From IMG/VR virus record IMGVR_UViG_3300027627_000218, positions 1-25,492 of that record: DNA of 25,492 nucleotides, one strand, 5' to 3'. Below are positions 24,332-25,492 of the stretch, one piece after another; the first letter of the stretch is position 1, and each line of letters begins with the position of its first letter. Source of the stretch: a virus. Lineage: Duplodnaviria; Caudoviricetes. The notes under the pieces are model-generated. The model searched no databases. It had not been told where the DNA came from and was given only the letters and a program-made list of their open reading frames with translations. Position numbers and translations under genes: made by a program.

Positions 24332-25492
24332 ATGCCACTCACACTCACTCCCGAGCAGAAGATACGATTCATCCAGTCTAAGGGTTTAGACCCCGCCATC
24401 TATGATGTAGATGATGAGACGGTAGAGATAGTAAAGAAGCCCACACTGCAACCTGTGGTTGGGCAGTCTATGGTTTCGCCTATCTCCAAGCAAACGCAAA
24501 ATCAGAATTCTGCGGGTGGCGCATTTACTTCAAACCTTGCAGCAGGGATTGTGCCTACTACTGCGGCCCTATCTGCTATTCCTATAGGTGCTAAAGCGGG
24601 TCTTGCAATTGGAAGTTTTCCTCTTTTAATTCCAACTGGCGGCCCGATATGGGGTCCTATTGCTGGTGGAGCAATTGCCGCTCTTGGAGCAGGTTTGTTA
24701 ACGAGCAAAGTGCAGGGTGCTGCTATTGAAGCTGTTGCGCCCTCTGTCAATCGTCAACTTGAGAGCTATCAGCAGACCAATCCTTATGCATCAGCGGCAG
24801 GTAATGTAGCTGCGGGCCTTCCACTTGGACTGCGATTTGACCCTAAGGTAGTTGGCGAGGCTGGAAAGGCTATATCTAAGTTGGCCACGACAGGTCGTGG
24901 TAGCATAAATGCAGTAGACATTAACGCACTTGCGAATGTAGGCGTGGGTGCTGGTATCGGCACCGGTATGGCTGCCCATGATATATCCACAACAGGGCGT
25001 GATATAGGTGGGCAAGATGCTATCAACATATTGGGTAACATCCTGTTGAATAATCCTAAGGCTGGGTTTGTAAAGAATAGGCTCAAGTTCCAATCTAATG
25101 AGTCTATTAGGGAAGCGGAAGCTTTACGAGGTGCGACTGGTGAAACTTCGGATAATGTCGCTGGACGCTTCCTAGATACAGTTGGCTTGCCTCCTGCTGA
25201 TAGGGATGTCCAATTTCAACCTGCTAATGTGGTGAGTAAGCCGAAAGCTGGCCGTGATTATGTGTTAGACCCTAGTAAGGTTAACACAGATAATCCTGTT
25301 GTAGAGGCTGCTAAAGCGGAGACTGCAAAAGTTGAAGAGGCAGTAGACACACTGAAAGTTGTCGAAGAAGAGAAGGCAAAACAAGCTGCTAAGATAGCAG
25401 AAGTAACCCCGCCGCGACCTACTGCAGAAGCATTTGAAGTTGCGAGACTCAAGCGTGAAGCATATGCTAAGAGTTTGGCGGATGCAGAAGCT
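24332..25492 (+). CDS. putative large ejection protein 3, truncated by the window edge (MPLTLTPEQKIRFIQSKGLDP...)
   Basis: Not in the ORF track because it has no stop; frame open for 387 codons; Gly-zipper hydrophobic segments (GPIAGGAIAALGAG, GVGAGIGTG). Confidence 0.8.
   Translation, partial: MPLTLTPEQKIRFIQSKGLDPAIYDVDDETVEIVKKPTLQPVVGQSMVSPISKQTQNQNSAGGAFTSNLAAGIVPTTAALSAIPIGAKAGLAIGSFPLLIPTGGPIWGPIAGGAIAALGAGLLTSKVQGAAIEAVAPSVNRQLESYQQTNPYASAAGNVAAGLPLGLRFDPKVVGEAGKAISKLATTGRGSINAVDINALANVGVGAGIGTGMAAHDISTTGRDIGGQDAINILGNILLNNPKAGFVKNRLKFQSNESIREAEALRGATGETSDNVAGRFLDTVGLPPADRDVQFQPANVVSKPKAGRDYVLDPSKVNTDNPVVEAAKAETAKVEEAVDTLKVVEEEKAKQAAKIAEVTPPRPTAEAFEVARLKREAYAKSLADAEA

Noticed and set aside
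1-25492. Stop-codon reassignment, diversity-generating retroelement, introns or inteins, integrase/att site
   Set aside because: Genes tile densely in the standard code with all three stops used; no reverse transcriptase, template/variable repeat pair, interrupted core gene or integrase seen.

Overview
A tailed dsDNA phage segment with podovirus-like gene order and standard genetic code. Left arm (1-2899, minus strand): small hypothetical genes, tRNA-Ile2(CAT), an atypical short-arm tRNA-Leu(TAA) and several strand-specific RNA hairpins. Middle (about 2900-3720): a repeat- and palindrome-rich divergent non-coding region. Right arm (plus strand): small terminase, large terminase, portal, scaffold, major capsid, a lysis-like cassette (holins, DUF6321-like protein, overlapping spanins), tail and fibre genes, adaptor, a nozzle with a Cys-rich extension, a GNAT-like protein and ejection proteins. 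Main observations: (1) seven copies of TGGCAY-N6-TGCT, the sigma-54 -24/-12 promoter signature, all in the direction of local transcription and mostly just upstream of key genes; (2) a GNAT-like gene, a DDxxD prenyltransferase-like gene and a cupin gene clustered around an ejection protein that has an N-terminal leader and a C-terminal Cys, a possible virion-protein lipidation system; (3) a tail fibre with a signal-peptide-like N-terminus; (4) a terminase with apparently swapped Walker A/B residues. Spanins imply a diderm host. Start sites without Shine-Dalgarno sequences and rich in A/C are compatible with a PVC-group or Bacteroidota host (inference only). All product calls come from motif recognition and synteny by eye, not database searches.
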